A program made the translations under genes and the position numbers. Positions 9,426 through 17,824 of a stretch of 64,000 nucleotides of DNA are shown piece after piece. The stretch covers positions 22,390-86,389 of the forward strand of contig DJSB01000030.1 in assembly GCA_002437945.1 (NCBI GenBank), given 5' to 3'. The DNA comes from Christensenella sp. UBA6345. GTDB taxonomy: Bacteria > Bacillota > Clostridia > Christensenellales > UBA1242. Within the stretch, counting starts at the first letter, position 1, and every line of letters starts with the position of its first letter. The notes below the pieces were generated by a model. The model did no database searches. It saw nothing but the letters and a program-made list of their open reading frames with translations, and was not told where the DNA came from.

Positions 9426-11420
9426 TTATTCTTCATATTGCCAACTAGGTTTGGTAAAGAAATCTGTTTTTGGCTCTAGGAAAGTAGGTTTATGATTATG
9501 TGGATCTGAAACAAATGCATAAATATCTTTATCAATATTGTCCCAACTAAATATTGCTGGATCTAATTTAAAGAATTCAACTACTTTCTCTACACTTTCT
9601 GGAGCAATTGGATGCAACAAAGTTAATGCAATACGACTCATATACAATGCATCTACTAGAATTTGTTTTGCTTCATCAGTATGAGCATTATCACCATTAA
9701 ATGCAGTTAGAGTCTTATTGATATTACGTATTAATGTATCAAGTTCATAGCATACCATATGGAATTTATGTTCATACACTGCTTTTTCATATTTTAGTAC
9801 ACTATATCTGCATTGATTCTTAATTTCTTCACTAACTTCACCATATGGCATAACACCATCATAATATTTTTGCCATGTATAGCATAAAGTACGTAATGCT
9901 CTATTAAATACATTGGTTAATAAGTTATATTCCCTAACAACTGGGTCTTGTTCTGATGGATTAGCATCTGGGTTAAGTGGTTTTGGCATAAAACTTGCAC
10001 TATTGTTACCTACATTCATACCTAGGAAATGGAAACGTAATTGTTCTGCACTATAAAGTTTTAACAATTCGTCTGCCATTGGTGGTTTAATTGCAGAACT
10101 TGAACCTGCTTTTTTATTAAGGAACAAAGTATGCTTATTGGCTACAATTTGTGGTATAGATAAATCTCCATCTTTTACATCAATTGTAGGATTATCGCCT
10201 TGCATAGCAAACCACATAGCAGTTTGAGCAGGACCATAGAAATATATATTATCTTCGCCAATAAATTGATAAACTTTACTATCTTTACTGCACCACCAAT
10301 CTTTCCATGTGTTTTGGCGATTGAATTTATTAAGATATGTGCGTGTAAATGAAATAGGAGCCCACAAACTTTCTGGCCATACCCAGAATGTTAAATCTTT
10401 TAATTCTTTAGTATCTGGTGCTTTAACACCCCATTCAATATTACCAGTAAGTCTAAATGGTACTAAAGTCTTACCTGTACGATACCTTATACCTTTTTCA
10501 GTTAAAATATCACAAGAATGTTCTCTATCAGTTAATTTATTAAATATAACTGTAAATGATGGCTTATTATCTACTACTAATTCATGTTCTGGTAATTCAC
10601 TTTCGATGGCTTTAAATTGGTCTAAAAATTCCTTCTTTACGTACAATTCTGGTTTTTTCAAAAACTCGTTAATTTCTTTAGTTACGTATTTTCTAGTTGG
10701 AGTGTTTTTATCCAAATATTCAGTCCATTGTTTAAGCAAACCAATATAATTTTCTAGATTAAAGTACCAGTTACCAATTTCTTTTAAAACTGGTTTTTTA
10801 CCAGACAATGAACTTACTGGGTCAATAAGTTCTTGTGGCATATATTGGTGTCCTAAATCACATTCGTCAGCATATGCATGTTCGGATTGACAGCCTTCAA
10901 ATGGGCATTTACCCATAACTTGTCTACCATTAAGGAAAGTCTTTTTCTCTTCATCATAAAACTGTAGTGTTTTTAATGGACTTAAGTTATTGGTCTCTAA
11001 TAATCTATTAAATACTTGATTAGACATTTCTTGATGTATAGGTTTGGCTTCCCCAATACCTGACGCACCAAAGATATTAAGCGATATGTTATATTGATTA
11101 AGAATGCTCTCTTGTAGATTGTGATATGACTCTACATATTCTTCAATAGTGCCGGTAACTTTATTGGCATCTTTTGCTTTTCTATATCCTTCCATAATAG
11201 GACTACCATAGCAGTCTGTACCAGATACATAGATAACATTGTCTTTACCTAATCTATCACGTAAAAAACGTGCAAAAAAATCAGAATGAATAAATAGTGT
11301 AATATGTCCACAATGCAAAGATTTATTACCATATGGCATACCACTAGTAACTATGGCACGTTTTGGCCATACAGGTCTATTTTCACTCATTTTGTCTAAA
11401 ACTTCTTTTGTTATACCCAT
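9426..11420 (-). CDS. metG: methionine--tRNA ligase
   Basis: 664 aa. PYGNKSLHCGH (HIGH-type motif), GTDCYGSPI, zinc knuckle CPFEGCQ...ECDLGH. Confidence 0.8.
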   Translation of the reverse strand: MGITKEVLDKMSENRPVWPKRAIVTSGMPYGNKSLHCGHITLFIHSDFFARFLRDRLGKDNVIYVSGTDCYGSPIMEGYRKAKDANKVTGTIEEYVESYHNLQESILNQYNISLNIFGASGIGEAKPIHQEMSNQVFNRLLETNNLSPLKTLQFYDEEKKTFLNGRQVMGKCPFEGCQSEHAYADECDLGHQYMPQELIDPVSSLSGKKPVLKEIGNWYFNLENYIGLLKQWTEYLDKNTPTRKYVTKEINEFLKKPELYVKKEFLDQFKAIESELPEHELVVDNKPSFTVIFNKLTDREHSCDILTEKGIRYRTGKTLVPFRLTGNIEWGVKAPDTKELKDLTFWVWPESLWAPISFTRTYLNKFNRQNTWKDWWCSKDSKVYQFIGEDNIYFYGPAQTAMWFAMQGDNPTIDVKDGDLSIPQIVANKHTLFLNKKAGSSSAIKPPMADELLKLYSAEQLRFHFLGMNVGNNSASFMPKPLNPDANPSEQDPVVREYNLLTNVFNRALRTLCYTWQKYYDGVMPYGEVSEEIKNQCRYSVLKYEKAVYEHKFHMVCYELDTLIRNINKTLTAFNGDNAHTDEAKQILVDALYMSRIALTLLHPIAPESVEKVVEFFKLDPAIFSWDNIDKDIYAFVSDPHNHKPTFLEPKTDFFTKPSWQYEE

Positions 11421-11559
11421 AATTTTCTCCTTAAATACGATATAATTCTAACACATAATAACGCACTTATGCAAATATATAAAAAAATTTCTATTATATT
11501 TTAGACTATTTTTATTAAAAAATCCCTATATTTTAAGTTATTTTACACATAATAGTAAT

Positions 11560-11754
11560 ATGTATTTTAATTATCATGCAAAAGCAAAAAAATTAATACG
11601 TGATGGTAAATTAACTGATTATAAAATTGTAGAAAAGTATCATAACATAAGCCCTGCACTACTATTAATTTTTGATGATTATATTATGCCTATTCGTCAA
11701 CACAAATGGAATGAATATCTAGAAATTATTAATAATCTGGATTATTTAAGATAA
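11560..11754 (+). CDS. hypothetical small protein (64 aa)
   Basis: Open frame with a globular-looking sequence, but no clear Shine-Dalgarno upstream. Confidence 0.4.
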   Translation: MYFNYHAKAKKLIRDGKLTDYKIVEKYHNISPALLLIFDDYIMPIRQHKWNEYLEIINNLDYLR

Positions 11755-11895
11755 TATTTAAGACATAAATATAATTTTTAATAAAAAAGTACATAAATCC
11801 AATAATTACCATCATTTTTTAAGTATTATATCTCGTAATTAGATAAAAATAATAATACAAAGTAAAAACTTTGTAATTCATGGGAGGTGAACAGA

Positions 11896-12150
11896 ATGGC
11901 GATTAGAAAATCAACCAATTCTACCAACAAAACTAGTGCAAAAACAACTGCAAAGACTAGTGCTAGAGCAAGAGCAAAAAGTAGTAATGAAAGTTCTAAA
12001 TCAGTAACTAACAGAACTTCAAATAAAACTACTAATAAGACATCTGCTTGTGGTTCTAGAAGTGCTAAAGGTTGTACCAACAGCACAACAGGTAGAACAA
12101 GTTCAAAAACCACAGGAAAAACTAGTGCAAGAACTAAAAATTGTGACTAG
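11896..12150 (+). CDS. small, extremely basic Ser/Thr/Lys-rich low-complexity protein (84 aa)
   Basis: ATG at 11896 sits 8 nt after GGGAGG, and a terminator hairpin follows directly. Sequence MAIRKSTNSTNKTSAKTTAKTSARARAK... has KTS/KTT repeats and A/T-ending codons typical of this genome. Confidence 0.6.
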   Translation: MAIRKSTNSTNKTSAKTTAKTSARARAKSSNESSKSVTNRTSNKTTNKTSACGSRSAKGCTNSTTGRTSSKTTGKTSARTKNCD

Positions 12151-12162
12151 TTAACCAAAAAA

Positions 12163-12193
12163 AGCACCATCTATAAAGATAGTGCTTTTTTTA
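12163..12193. terminator. bidirectional terminator hairpin between convergent small genes
   Basis: Stem AGCACCATC / GATAGTGCT (one mismatch), flanked by an A-run upstream and a T-run downstream. Confidence 0.6.
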
Positions 12194-12241
12194 TTTTTTA
12201 CAAAAAATACATTATATAAAATGTAAAAAATGGCTAGATTA

Positions 12242-12451
12242 CTAGAATTTTCTTATTTTACCATCAAGACCATGTAATACAACATAACTGCCATCATTCT
12301 TATTATCACATAATTGTGAAGCATAAGATAATGCTTCTTTTTGAGTGGAGAAAAGTTTGATTACTTTATCAGAACCTTGAATAAATACCTTCCATTCTCT
12401 TCCATCGTTATCTCTTTTTGATACATGATAAACTGTCTTTTGTGCTGCCAT
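12242..12451 (-). CDS. DUF2188-like small protein
   Basis: 69 aa. Pattern YHVSKRDNDGREWKVFIQGSDKVIKLFSTQKEALSYA...VVLHGLDGKIR, recalled as the DUF2188 family signature. Confidence 0.6.
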   Translation of the reverse strand: MAAQKTVYHVSKRDNDGREWKVFIQGSDKVIKLFSTQKEALSYASQLCDNKNDGSYVVLHGLDGKIRKF

Positions 12452-12563
12452 ATAATCTCCTTTAAATAATAATATTATTATTAAATTTATTCTTTAGTAT
12501 TATAAACTACTAAATAATTGAAAAATTGGCTTAAAAAAAGTAACTAATGCTAGTTACTTATTA

Positions 12564-12650
12564 TGGTGCCGAAGACCGGACTTGAACCGGTACGGTATTG
12601 CTACCCCAGGATTTTAAGTCCTGTACGTCTGCCAATTTCGTCACTTCGGC
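12564..12650 (-). tRNA. tRNA-Leu(UAA)
   Basis: The reverse complement folds as a class II tRNA with a long variable arm. Anticodon loop CUUAAAA. Encoded 3' CCA. Confidence 0.9.
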
Positions 12651-12654
12651 TTAA

Positions 12655-12729
12655 TGGAGGCACCGTCCAGATTCGAACTGGAGCATAAAGGTTTTGCAGA
12701 CCTTGGCCTTACCGCTTGGCTACGGTGCC
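12655..12729 (-). tRNA. tRNA-Cys(GCA)
   Basis: Reverse complement is GGCACCGTAGCCAAGCGGTAAGGC.... Anticodon loop CUGCAAA, T-arm GTTCGAATC, encoded CCA. Confidence 0.9.
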
Positions 12730-12778
12730 ACACTAGTGCCATACTACAATAAATAGTATTTTATCCTTAATAAAAAAA

Positions 12779-12853
12779 TGGAGCGGAGGACGGGATTTGA
12801 ACCCGCGACATTCGCCTTGGCAAGGCGACGCTCTACCGCTGAGCCACCCCCGC
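12779..12853 (-). tRNA. tRNA-Gly(GCC)
   Basis: Reverse complement is GCGGGGGTGGCTCAGCGGTAGAGC.... Anticodon loop UUGCCAA, T-arm GGTTCAAATCC, encoded CCA. Confidence 0.9.
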
Positions 12854-12861
12854 AAATAAAA

Positions 12862-12939
12862 TGGTGGGAGTTATAGGGCTCGAACCTATGACCTCCTGCT
12901 TGTAAGGCAGATGCTCTCCCAACTGAGCTAAACTCCCAC
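12862..12939 (-). tRNA. tRNA-Val(UAC)
   Basis: Reverse complement is GTGGGAGTTTAGCTCAGTTGGGAGAGC.... Anticodon loop CUUACAA, T-arm GGTTCGAGCCC, encoded CCA. Confidence 0.9.
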
Positions 12940-12987
12940 ACCAATATGTTTGCAATGCATCAATAACTTATTTATTAACGCTCTTAT

Positions 12988-13016
12988 AATATACCAAATC
13001 ATACGGAAAAAAGCAA
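12988..13016 (-). promoter_or_regulatory. sigma-A-type promoter of the tRNA cluster
   Basis: Minus strand reads TTGCTT, a 17-nt spacer ending in TGG, then TATATT, about 45 nt upstream of tRNA-Val. Confidence 0.55.
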
Positions 13017-13258
13017 GACTTTTTTATCAATTTTTTAATATTTTTTAATTTTTTTTTAACATTATAAATTTATGCGTAATTAAGCCATTTTTGTTACTAA
13101 AAAAATTTGATTTTTTAAAAATATGGAAGTAAAAATGCTTAAAATTATTAATAAAACACCATATATATTGATAAAATTATTAATGTTTGATTATATTTAT
13201 TAATACTTTAAGCAGATTTATGATTGTAACATAAAATTTAATTAAAAAAATTTTAATT

Positions 13259-13295
13259 ACAAACAAAAAGACCTAGTTAACATTAACCAAGTCTT
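13259..13295 (-). terminator. terminator after the DAK2 (YloV-like) gene
   Basis: 13-bp stem on the minus-strand RNA (AAGACTTGGTTAA / TTAACTAGGTCTT, two G-U pairs), followed by TTTTGTTTGT. Confidence 0.65.
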
Positions 13296-13321
13296 ATGTT
13301 TGTATAAATTAAAGTATTTAA

Positions 13322-14983
13322 TTATTCTAGACTAATTATATAATAATATACTGGTTGTCCACCCGGAACTAAAGTAATATCACAGTCTGGATATTTTTCT
13401 TCAAGTCTTGATTGAAGTGCTTCGGCTTCTTCCAACTTAATATCTTTACCATAGAACAAGGTAATATTTACTACATCATCATTTTTAACTTTTTCAATTA
13501 AATCAATGGTAGTATCATTAACTAGTAGACCTTTAGCCAAAATATTACTATCATTAAGACCAATAATATCGCCTTGATTTAGGTCAAATCCGTCCATATG
13601 AGTAGTACGAACCGCATAAGTAACTGATGCTGCAGTAACATTGTCTTTACTGCTCTTCATATTCTCGATATTTTCTTCAGCGGTAGCATCTGGATTAAAT
13701 GCCAATGCAGCAGAAATGCCTTCAGGAACTGATTTTGTAGGTATAACGTGTAACTTTTTGCTTGTAAGTTCTTTTGCTTGTTCAGCAGCAAAAATAATAT
13801 TCTTATTATTAGGCAAAACAAAAACTTCTTTTGCTTGTACTTTATCGCAGGCTTTAGCAATGTCATCAGCACTAGGGTTCATGGTTTGACCACCTTCAAT
13901 GATAGCATCAACTAAAATATCGTTAAATACTCCTGCAATACCATCGCCTGGTGCAACTGCAACCATACCAAAAGGTTTAAGGTTGGCTTGTGCTTGTGTA
14001 CGTTTACGTTTAAGTTCACGATTTTGTTCAAGCATATTTTCAATCTTAATATTGATAATTTCGCCCATTTCTAGCGCATATCCCAAAGCAATATTAGGTT
14101 CGTTGGTGTGAACATGGACTTTAACAAGTTCTAGGTCACCGATACATACAACGCAGTCACCAATTTGCATTAAATTTTCTCTTAATTTATCAATATCAGA
14201 GATAGTAGTTTTTGCTTTCATATGTGTAACCATAAATTCGGTACAATAAGCAAACTCAATATCTCCTAGATTGTCTAGGTTAATGATATAATCATTACTA
14301 TCAGAGCCAAAAGATGGAATATTGTTGTTGGCAGGTGCTAATTCTTCAACACTAATGTCAATTTCTTCGCCTAGTAGCATCTTTTGCATACCGGTAAAGA
14401 TAACTATAAGTCCCCTACCACCAGCATCAACAACATTTGCCTTTTTAAGAACAGGCAACATCTCTGGAGTTTGTTGAAGTATGGCTTCACCATCGGTAAG
14501 AATGATGTCAAAGAATTGCTCGAAATCGCTAACTTTCTTTGCAGCCTTTACTGCTGTTTCTGCCATAACTCTTATAACTGTAAGAATAGTACCTTCTTTA
14601 GGTACAGTAACTGCTTTATATGCTACTTGTGAACCTTCAACCATCGCTTTGGCGAATTGCTTTGTAGTAAGTTCGTTCTCACACTTACCTACTTCGGTAG
14701 CGATACCTTTAAGTATTTGGGACAAAATAACACCAGAGTTACCCCTTGCGCCACGTAATGCTCCTTTACTTAAAGCATTAGAAATTGCTGCAAATGAATT
14801 GTCTGGACAATTGTTAATCTCCTTTACAGCACTGTTAAATGTTAAACTCATGTTTGTACCAGTATCTCCATCTGGAACTGGGAAAACATTAAGTGAATCT
14901 ACAAATTTTTTATTGTTATCTAAAACTTTAGCACCCGCAATAATCATTTTGCGAAAAAGAGTGCTATTAATAGTCTTTTGCAT
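13322..14983 (-). CDS. DAK2 domain fusion protein (YloV family)
   Basis: 553 aa. VPDGDTGTNM and GNSGVILSQ motifs. Located downstream of an Asp23-family gene, as in Bacillus yloU-yloV. Confidence 0.9.
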   Translation of the reverse strand: MQKTINSTLFRKMIIAGAKVLDNNKKFVDSLNVFPVPDGDTGTNMSLTFNSAVKEINNCPDNSFAAISNALSKGALRGARGNSGVILSQILKGIATEVGKCENELTTKQFAKAMVEGSQVAYKAVTVPKEGTILTVIRVMAETAVKAAKKVSDFEQFFDIILTDGEAILQQTPEMLPVLKKANVVDAGGRGLIVIFTGMQKMLLGEEIDISVEELAPANNNIPSFGSDSNDYIINLDNLGDIEFAYCTEFMVTHMKAKTTISDIDKLRENLMQIGDCVVCIGDLELVKVHVHTNEPNIALGYALEMGEIINIKIENMLEQNRELKRKRTQAQANLKPFGMVAVAPGDGIAGVFNDILVDAIIEGGQTMNPSADDIAKACDKVQAKEVFVLPNNKNIIFAAEQAKELTSKKLHVIPTKSVPEGISAALAFNPDATAEENIENMKSSKDNVTAASVTYAVRTTHMDGFDLNQGDIIGLNDSNILAKGLLVNDTTIDLIEKVKNDDVVNITLFYGKDIKLEEAEALQSRLEEKYPDCDITLVPGGQPVYYYIISLE

Positions 14984-15032
14984 TAAATACTCCTTTTAAT
15001 TTACGAAACGGAAAAAACACGACGAAATACTA

Positions 15033-15383
15033 TTAAACTCTAACGCCAACAACATTAACATTGACAGAGTCAATAATCATCCCCGTGAACTGCTCTAATC
15101 CATATTTTACTGATTTTTTTAGGCTATCAGCAACTGCACTGATAGACACGCCATATTTTAAAACTACGTAAAGGTCAACATATATTCTATTATTAACAGT
15201 TAATATCTTAACACCTTTACTTAAGGTTTGTTTTTTAAACAATCCGGAAAAACTATCGGTTAATTTTTGATTAACCAAATCTACAACGCCATAACAATCA
15301 CGTGCAATATAACCTGTAACTATAGCAATGGCTTCATTGGATATAGTAATATTACCGTAAGCGTTACTTGTTTTTACAGACAT
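15033..15383 (-). CDS. Asp23/Gls24-family envelope stress protein (YloU-like)
   Basis: 116 aa. ISNEAIAIVTGYIARDCYGVV. Position relative to rpmB and yloV is conserved. Confidence 0.85.
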   Translation of the reverse strand: MSVKTSNAYGNITISNEAIAIVTGYIARDCYGVVDLVNQKLTDSFSGLFKKQTLSKGVKILTVNNRIYVDLYVVLKYGVSISAVADSLKKSVKYGLEQFTGMIIDSVNVNVVGVRV

Positions 15384-15637
15384 AAGTTGTTCCTTTTAAT
15401 TATTTTCTATGAATGATTGGAAAAGAAATATTGTATATATTAAATAATGAATTATTGTAAAAATTATTTAATACTACATAACTAATGTAATATTTCTTAA
15501 ACTAACATACACATTATATATTACAATATAGAGCCAAAAATGTAAACAATTTTTTTTGACTTTTCACTTTAACCATATAATTTTAACTAAATATTAACTA
15601 TATATTGGTGTTTTATTAAAAATTTTTCAAATTATGG

Positions 15638-15666
15638 TTGCACATATCAACTTTATTTGGTATAAT
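15638..15666 (+). promoter_or_regulatory. sigma-A-type promoter of rpmB
   Basis: TTGCAC (15638..15643), a 17-nt spacer, then extended -10 TGGTATAAT ending at 15666. Confidence 0.7.
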
Positions 15667-15699
15667 ACATTGCAGTTTAAAATTAACGGAGGAGTAATT

Positions 15700-15885
15700 A
15701 TGCCAAGAGTATGTTATATCTGTGGAAAAGGTAAAGTTTCTGGCAACCAAGTAAGCCATTCTCATATTGCTACTAAACGTACTTGGAGTGCAAATCTACA
15801 AAAGAAAGCAATTGAAGTTGACGGAAAAGTAGAAAACAAATATATTTGCACAAGATGTCTAAAAACTTTAAAGAAAGAAGACTAA
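15700..15885 (+). CDS. rpmB: 50S ribosomal protein L28
   Basis: ATG at 15700 lies 7 nt after GGAGG. MPRVCYICGKGKVSGNQVSHSHIATKRTWSANLQKK.... The upstream part of the tracked ORF (15634..) overlaps the promoter and is not coding. Confidence 0.92.
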   Translation: MPRVCYICGKGKVSGNQVSHSHIATKRTWSANLQKKAIEVDGKVENKYICTRCLKTLKKED

Positions 15886-15997
15886 TTATAAGACAATCTA
15901 ATGAAAAACATGGTGCAATTGTCACACAGTGACTAACCTACTGTTAGCATTATGATTATAGTATTAGTATAGACTATCCATTATAGTTATAAAAAAT

Positions 15998-16021
15998 AAG
16001 GAGTTAAACTCCTTTTTTTTT
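15998..16021. terminator. bidirectional terminator shared by rpmB and spoVM
   Basis: Stem AAGGAG / CTCCTT with a T9 run on the plus strand and an ATTTTTT run on the minus strand. Confidence 0.7.
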
Positions 16022-16037
16022 ATTGCTGTTTATGTAT

Positions 16038-16139
16038 TTAATTGTTTAGTTCTTCCATATCTCCATTAAGTGCTTTTCTAAAGATAAGTTTCAATAATGG
16101 GCTTAAAAACTTTGGGCATTTTATGCAGTATATTCTCAT
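16038..16139 (-). CDS. spoVM: stage V sporulation protein M (33 aa; too short for the ORF track)
   Basis: My translation is MRIYCIKCPKFLSPLLKLIFRKALNGDMEELNN. AAGGAG lies 8 nt upstream. The N-terminus matches B. subtilis SpoVM (MKFYTIKLPKFLGGIV...). It occupies the same slot between rpe and rpmB as in Bacillus. Confidence 0.75.
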   Translation of the reverse strand: MRIYCIKCPKFLSPLLKLIFRKALNGDMEELNN

Positions 16140-16305
16140 CTATCTTACTCCTTAAAGTCTTTTATATCTTATATGAATATACTCTGTTTTTCGTTAAAAT
16201 GCACAAAATCAATATTTTAAATTAATTGCATAAATTAATCACAAATTAAAAGAATTAAACAATATTAATAATATTAAAATAAGAGGAATTTAGCCATATA
16301 GTGTA

Positions 16306-16968
16306 TTACTCGGCTATTTCCTTTATTTTTTTAATAAAATTGGCTTTATTTTCAGATTTATACACAGCACTGCCCATAACAACTATATCAGCACCTGCTT
16401 TATTAATTAATTTAATATTGGTAGCATCAACACCACCATCAACTTCTATTTTTACATTATAGTGATTATCAGTGATTATTTTTTTTAGTGCCATAATTTT
16501 TTCATAAGTACTTTCTATAAATTTTTGTCCACTCTTCCCTGGTACAACACTCATAATCAAAACTAAATCAATCATAGGTAGATATGGTAATAAGACATCA
16601 ATAGAAGTATCAGGACAGATACTTACACCTACCATAATTTTCTTTTTATGTACTTCATTAATAAAATAGAAAAGATTGGTTTTATTGTTAAAACTCTCAT
16701 AGTGTGCAGTAATAATTGTAGGTCTAGATTTATAATATTCTTGCCATACTTGAATAGGATTGGACACCATAAGGTGCACATCTAACGGTATAGTAGAATT
16801 TTGACCAACTTCATATAATAATTCTGGGCTTAAACACTTGGCTTCAACAAACTTTCCGTCCATAACATCGCAATGAAGAATATCGGCATTAGCGAGTTGA
16901 AGTTCCTTAACATAATTAACCAAATTATCTTCTTTTTCAGGATTCGTACTAGGTGCGATTTTAATCAT
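16306..16968 (-). CDS. rpe: ribulose-phosphate 3-epimerase
   Basis: 220 aa. HCDVMDGKFV, LDVHLMV, PGKSGQKF, VDGG motifs. Confidence 0.92.
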   Translation of the reverse strand: MIKIAPSTNPEKEDNLVNYVKELQLANADILHCDVMDGKFVEAKCLSPELLYEVGQNSTIPLDVHLMVSNPIQVWQEYYKSRPTIITAHYESFNNKTNLFYFINEVHKKKIMVGVSICPDTSIDVLLPYLPMIDLVLIMSVVPGKSGQKFIESTYEKIMALKKIITDNHYNVKIEVDGGVDATNIKLINKAGADIVVMGSAVYKSENKANFIKKIKEIAE

Positions 16969-17824
16969 ACTCTCTCTCCCATTTTTCTTTCAATTGTTTA
17001 AATAATTCAAGATACCTATTATATCTATCATTATTAATCTTTTTTAAATTAACATCTTCTTTTACACCACAGCCATTTTCACTGGTATGAGTGCAATTGT
17101 AGAATTTACAATTATATCCGCTAAATTCAGGATAATAGTCTTTAAGTTCGTTATATTTAATATTGAGTTCAAGCATACTAAATCCCGGAGTGTCGGCTAT
17201 CATTATATTGTCTTTAAGGACAAAAATTGTGCACTCTCTTGTGGTATGTTTACCACGTTCAACTTTCCTACTTAATATGTTTGTTGACTGATTAATATTG
17301 TTATCAATACAATTAATAAGACTACTTTTCCCTACAGCACTTTGCCCTGCAAATACACTTACTTTTCCTTTAAGTATATCTTTTAATGAAGATAAGTTAC
17401 TTTCAATAGCACTAGTCAAAATAATACTATCAACTACATCTTTATATTGGTTAACAATATCATTAATTTCTTCTTTAGTAAACAAATCTAATTTATTGAT
17501 TACTATAATAGGATCGATATTATTGGCATATGCATTAATAATAAGTTTATCAACAAGATAAAAATCTGGTTTCGGTGTCTTTGATACAACTATCAAAAGT
17601 TGATCAATATTAGTAACTTTTGGTCGTAATATTTCATTTTTGCGTGGCAAAACTTTAGTAATAACATAATCATTACTAAAGTCATTTTTTATTAATTCTA
17701 CATTATCTCCAACCAACAATCTACCCATTTTTTTTAAGTTACCTAATGGGACAGCATTAAGATACTGGTTGTCACAATATACTAAAAATTGATTGGATAT
17801 TCCTTTTACAATTTTGCCTAAAAT
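16961..17824 (-). CDS. rsgA: ribosome small-subunit-dependent GTPase A; 5' end extended beyond the first ATG to a probable ATT start
   Basis: The tracked ORF (to 17728) has the circularly permuted GTPase motifs NKLDL, GQSAVGKSSL, DTPGF and the C-terminal Cys cluster. The 32 in-frame codons upstream encode the conserved OB-fold start ILGKIVKGISNQFLVYCDNQYLNAVPLGNLKK, bounded by a TAA at 17831..17833. Confidence 0.8.
   Translation of the reverse strand: MLGKIVKGISNQFLVYCDNQYLNAVPLGNLKKMGRLLVGDNVELIKNDFSNDYVITKVLPRKNEILRPKVTNIDQLLIVVSKTPKPDFYLVDKLIINAYANNIDPIIVINKLDLFTKEEINDIVNQYKDVVDSIILTSAIESNLSSLKDILKGKVSVFAGQSAVGKSSLINCIDNNINQSTNILSRKVERGKHTTRECTIFVLKDNIMIADTPGFSMLELNIKYNELKDYYPEFSGYNCKFYNCTHTSENGCGVKEDVNLKKINNDRYNRYLELFKQLKEKWEREYD

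Noticed and set aside
11421-11559. T-box or other leader upstream of metG
   Set aside because: Only about 140 nt are available, with no specifier or T-box (AGGGTGGNACCGCG-like) sequence visible.
11826-12113. 95-aa Leu/Val-rich minus-strand ORF antisense to the basic Ser/Thr/Lys gene
   Set aside because: It has no SD and runs through the RBS of the plus-strand gene. The plus-strand gene has GGGAGG plus a terminator. The open antisense frame is a mirror effect of the repeat.
12744-12944. 66-aa minus-strand ORF from the ORF track
   Set aside because: It lies entirely on top of tRNA-Gly and tRNA-Val. The open frame is an artefact of the GC-rich tRNA sequence.
15634-15699. N-terminal extension of L28 suggested by the tracked ORF (MVAHINFIWYNTLQFKINGGVI)
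   Set aside because: This stretch contains the rpmB -35 and -10 boxes and the GGAGG RBS. L28 starts at MPRVC.
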